A stretch of 64,000 nucleotides of DNA from the human T2T-CHM13v2.0 reference genome, Homo sapiens, in assembly GCF_009914755.1 (NCBI RefSeq), contig NC_060944.1; one strand, given 5' to 3'. How positions within the stretch are numbered: the first letter of the stretch is position 1; every line of letters begins with the position of its first letter. Below, piece by piece: positions 57,967 through 64,000 of the stretch. The notes beneath the pieces are model-generated. The model had not been told where the DNA came from and searched no databases. It saw only the letters and a list, made by a program, of their open reading frames with translations. Both the position numbers and the translations under genes were made by a program.

Positions 57967-58594
57967 GAAACAGGTTAACATTGGATGTCTCTCATCATGG
58001 AGGAATGGCCTCTTGGACCCCAGTTTTTCATAGGCATAAGAGTTTATCAGCTGTTCTAAAAGTACAGGCTTTATCATTATGCCTCTCACTAGCTTGGCTG
58101 GAGGCTGATTTTCTTTTTAGGCAATTATGCCACTTGAAATATGGAGTTTATATATTGGTGGGAGTCCTGGCATGGAGGAGATATTCTGAACTCAAGTACT
58201 TCTCCTAGTACTCCTGATTATAAATGTAATACATATTTGCTAGATCCAGTTTGAAATAGTGAAAAGTAAATATCACCTGTAATTCCATCCCTGATAATAT
58301 AGTCAATCATAATATACATATATCCATCTATTGACATTTTTCTCTAATTATTATGATTATTAAATTAGGCTTATGATGTAACTGCCACTTTAAAACCTGC
58401 TTTACTCAATTTATAATGTAACCTGAATGTAGATGAGCCATCCTGCACTCATCTTTAAGCCTGATTTAGTATTGTATTGCATCTGCCACACAATTGCATA
58501 CATGCTAATACACAAACACGCTTCACTTCAAATACATGAACCAGTGATGCAAATCTTTACTGAACATTCTCTGGAATATAAAAGAACATGTTTT

Positions 58595-59725
<1,131 letters not shown>

Positions 59726-60164
59726 TGATAAATTTTTTATCTTTGTTTTCTCCTTGCCTTTAGCTCTTTTATTTTTCTCTTGCTTCTCTCCCTTTCCTCT
59801 AACTTCTTTCTACCTTATGAATATATAACAGAAGTTACAGACCTCCTTAGGTTTGCCAAATCCTCAGAATTAAGGAAAATAACTGAAAAAATGTATTATA
59901 TAAAACATGGACTTTAAATTTATATAGCTTTCCTGTAAAACTTTAATTATTGCTTTTCTTCCTTTGTGCTCTACTCTCTCCATCTTGAGTTCATATTATA
60001 TATTTCTTAAAATTCTTGCTTTTCACATTGAATATCATCAATTTCCTCATTTCAATCTCTTCTTCTTTGCATTATGGGATATCTTTTTGAGCTCGGTTAT
60101 TTTATTTTGATATTAATTTGTTTAGTATTTAATCTTATTTTCTTGACTCCAGTTGGCTTTTTGA

Positions 60165-61660
60165 AAAGAAACTTTTAAATTTTCAAATAGATGCAGATTT
60201 GTGAAAAATTAGATAGTACATAAAGTTTCTATGTGTCCCTTATCTAATTTCTACTAGTATTAAGATCTTAAATTAGTATCATACATTTGTCATAATTGAT
60301 GAATCAATATTGATACATTATTATTAACTAAAGATTACAGCTTATTGAGATCCTGACTTGTTACCTAATGCCCCATCCCAAGATTCTATCTAAAATACTA
60401 CATGTAAATACTACAGGTATTCATTTATCTCCTTAAGCTCCTCTTGGTTGAGACAGTTTCTCAGTCTTTCTTTGTTTTTAATGACCTTGACAGTTTTGAG
60501 GTATACTGGTCTGCTATTTGTTAGAATGTCCCTCAATTATAATTTGCTTGATAATTGTTCTCACGACTGGACTAGGGCTACTGGTTATAGAGAGGAAGAC
60601 CACAAAGGTAAAACATCATTCTCATCACATCATCTCATGGGTAGATACTACCAACATGATTCATTACAGTTGAGGTTAAGCTTGATCACCTTGCTGAGGT
60701 GGTGTTTGTCAGCTTTCACCACCGCCAAGTCATTCTTTCTCTCCCCCTGTTCATACCTTACTCTTTGGGAGAAAGTTGCTATGAACAGACTACACTATGG
60801 AGTGAGGAATTATGCTCCACTACCTTGAAAGTGAAGAATTATAAATCATTTGTAATTCTTCTGCATAGGAGATTTTACCTTTTCTCACCTGTTTTTATTT
60901 ATTTTATTTTCTCCCCTATTTATGTTAAATCATTTATTTCTGTATGAATTCATGGATATTATTTTATGCTTTGAGTTATAATTCAGTCCTACTTTATTTT
61001 GTTGCTCAAATTTTTTCAGCTTTGTCCATTGAGAGTATTTTTAGCCGATCTCTGTGTCTTCTTGACAGACCCCCACAAATGTGGTTTCTTTTCCTTTCTG
61101 TTAATTTTTTAGGCATTTATTTACGCATTGGAACTACAGAATGCTCCAGGCTCATCTTGTGTATTTCCTGTCTGAGTTCTAGAATCATCTACTTCCCCAT
61201 GAAACCCTATTTTTTTTATTATTGTTAAAGAATCATATTAGAAACCAAAGAATGGATGCTAACAGTCTGTTATTACTGAAGTGCCATTGTTTTTAGACCC
61301 TCTCAGCTAACAGAGCAAAAAATATGTACATGTATATGTGCTAACTTGTGTATATACACAGACCTATAAACAGTTCTATATGTAACTATCTATATCTATA
61401 TTAAGCTAAACCTAAGTTTATCCTGATTTCTCCAATTCTAATCCATTACTTCACAGATCATTCTAGCCTTCTTCCCTTACTTATCTGAAATCTCTCTCTC
61501 CAACTGTGAGAAAACTGGTCCTTAACATCTGCTGTCCATTTGTATAATTGTCCATTGCCAAGATACCTATATAGCAGTTTCAGAATTGTTCACCTGTAAA
61601 ACAACATTATCAACAAGAGTACAGTCCTTATGTACAGGTTGTTTCACCTTTAGTCTTACA
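60165..61660 (-). mobile_element. L1MC-type 3' UTR
   Basis: tgagacagtttctcagtctttctttgtttttaatgaccttgacagttttgagg, cttgatcaccttgctgaggtggtgtttgtcag, tcatcttgtgtatttcctg. Confidence 0.8.
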
Positions 61661-61994
61661 GACTCTCTTCTTATTCACACTAAAACTGATAGTGTCTATT
61701 TGCAGTTCATTTCCTGTGTAATACTATATGCATGTATATATATGTATACATATATACTATATACACAAACATATGTATACACACACACATATATATGCTC
61801 AATTCAGGCATGGCTACAGATCTAGTAGATTAGGTCTTCTTATGTGTGAACTGATCTTTCAGTGGTATCAACTGATGACGTGGGTTTTCCCCTATATTTA
61901 AATGCATTGTTCTTTTAATGGATATCTGCAAGCATCAATGCATGTGTGCAAAAATGCATGTGTGCTCACATTTATGCTTGCAGATGTTAAAAAC

Positions 61995-63155
<1,161 letters not shown>

Positions 63156-63245
63156 GATATATTTTTTAAATCATCATTTCACCTAGATAAATTTTGTTAT
63201 CTTTGCATAGTTTAATCATGCTTATTCTGTTTAGTAAACTGATCC

Positions 63246-63288
63246 TTTTTTTTATTATTATACTTAAAGTTTTAGGGTACATGTGCAC
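63246..63288 (-). mobile_element. Ultra-truncated young L1PA 3' tip
   Basis: ttttttttattattatacttaaagttttagggtacatgtgcac. Confidence 0.8.
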
Positions 63289-64000
63289 CAAAGTGTTTTT
63301 GAAAAAGTGAGGTCCCATTTCCCACACTAATTACTGGGTATAGTTGCCTAGCTTAACTTTCCATCAGCTTTCCACTTTTCGAAACTATTTTTGCAATAGC
63401 ATTAATTATTTTTGGGCCAAAGTCCACTATTAAATGTCATTGGAATGATTTCTGGTGATAAGAACTGACAGAGGTGTTGCTTGTTTGTAAAATTCTCATG
63501 TCTTTTGAAATTCAATCTCACATCCCGCTCATTCTACAACCATAGCTTTAGGTTTTACATTTTTCTCTCAGTAGTTAAACTTTCATTGTTCATTTGAGTC
63601 GCGATTTGCTCATTTTTGATAAGTGTGTCTTTGGGTTCTGCTTCTGGTCTTGTCAGTTATTACATACAGGTGCCAAAATAAGGGGTCATGACATGCTTGC
63701 CTTTCAGTGTAACACTGTTTTGGTTTTATTGAACCAAAGGTTTCCTAAAAAGTTTTATAGAAGGAAAGTTTAGCAGTTGGATTGCTAGCACAAAGAGGGA
63801 ATAAAATTGTGGTCCATAGATGTGTTACTCAAAAACATCTCATTTCAATTTCGTGTTCAGAGAATCTTAAAGTAAGGCAAGATGCAAAAGATCAAAATAA
63901 TAACTTTAATTATTGACTAGTTGCATATCACAGGTAAATTATTTATCCTCTCTATGATTTAGTTTTTACATCTACAAAATGACATACCCATTCATTAGTT

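Overview
AT-rich, repeat-dense primate DNA, human or great ape (AluJ/S subfamilies, an L1PA2-type element, a near-human RPL12 retrocopy). No intact host protein-coding exon could be supported. Main contents: (1) a ~9.7 kb decayed class I (gamma-like) endogenous retrovirus on the minus strand, with both LTRs, an Arg-tRNA PBS, gag-pro-pol-env and a PPT. Its env resembles EnvV, so it is MER66/ERV-V-like. It sits in a MaLR (MLT1) internal region and itself carries an MST solo LTR and a tailless Alu piece. (2) A complete THE1A element. (3) A full-length older L1PA on the minus strand. (4) A young frameshifted RPL12 processed pseudogene whose poly(A) is replaced by (CA)n. (5) A twin-primed L1PA2. 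(6) Many Alu, MIR, L2, L1M, MER and MLT fragments. The most unusual structures not explained by repeat families are a ~315-bp inverted duplication with reiterated junction copies (38.0-39.7 kb), a 25-bp-stem hairpin at 34.1 kb and a repeat-poor block with an RFX X-box. I found no convincing evidence for a new biological system. Repeat subfamily names were recognised by eye and need RepeatMasker/Dfam confirmation.
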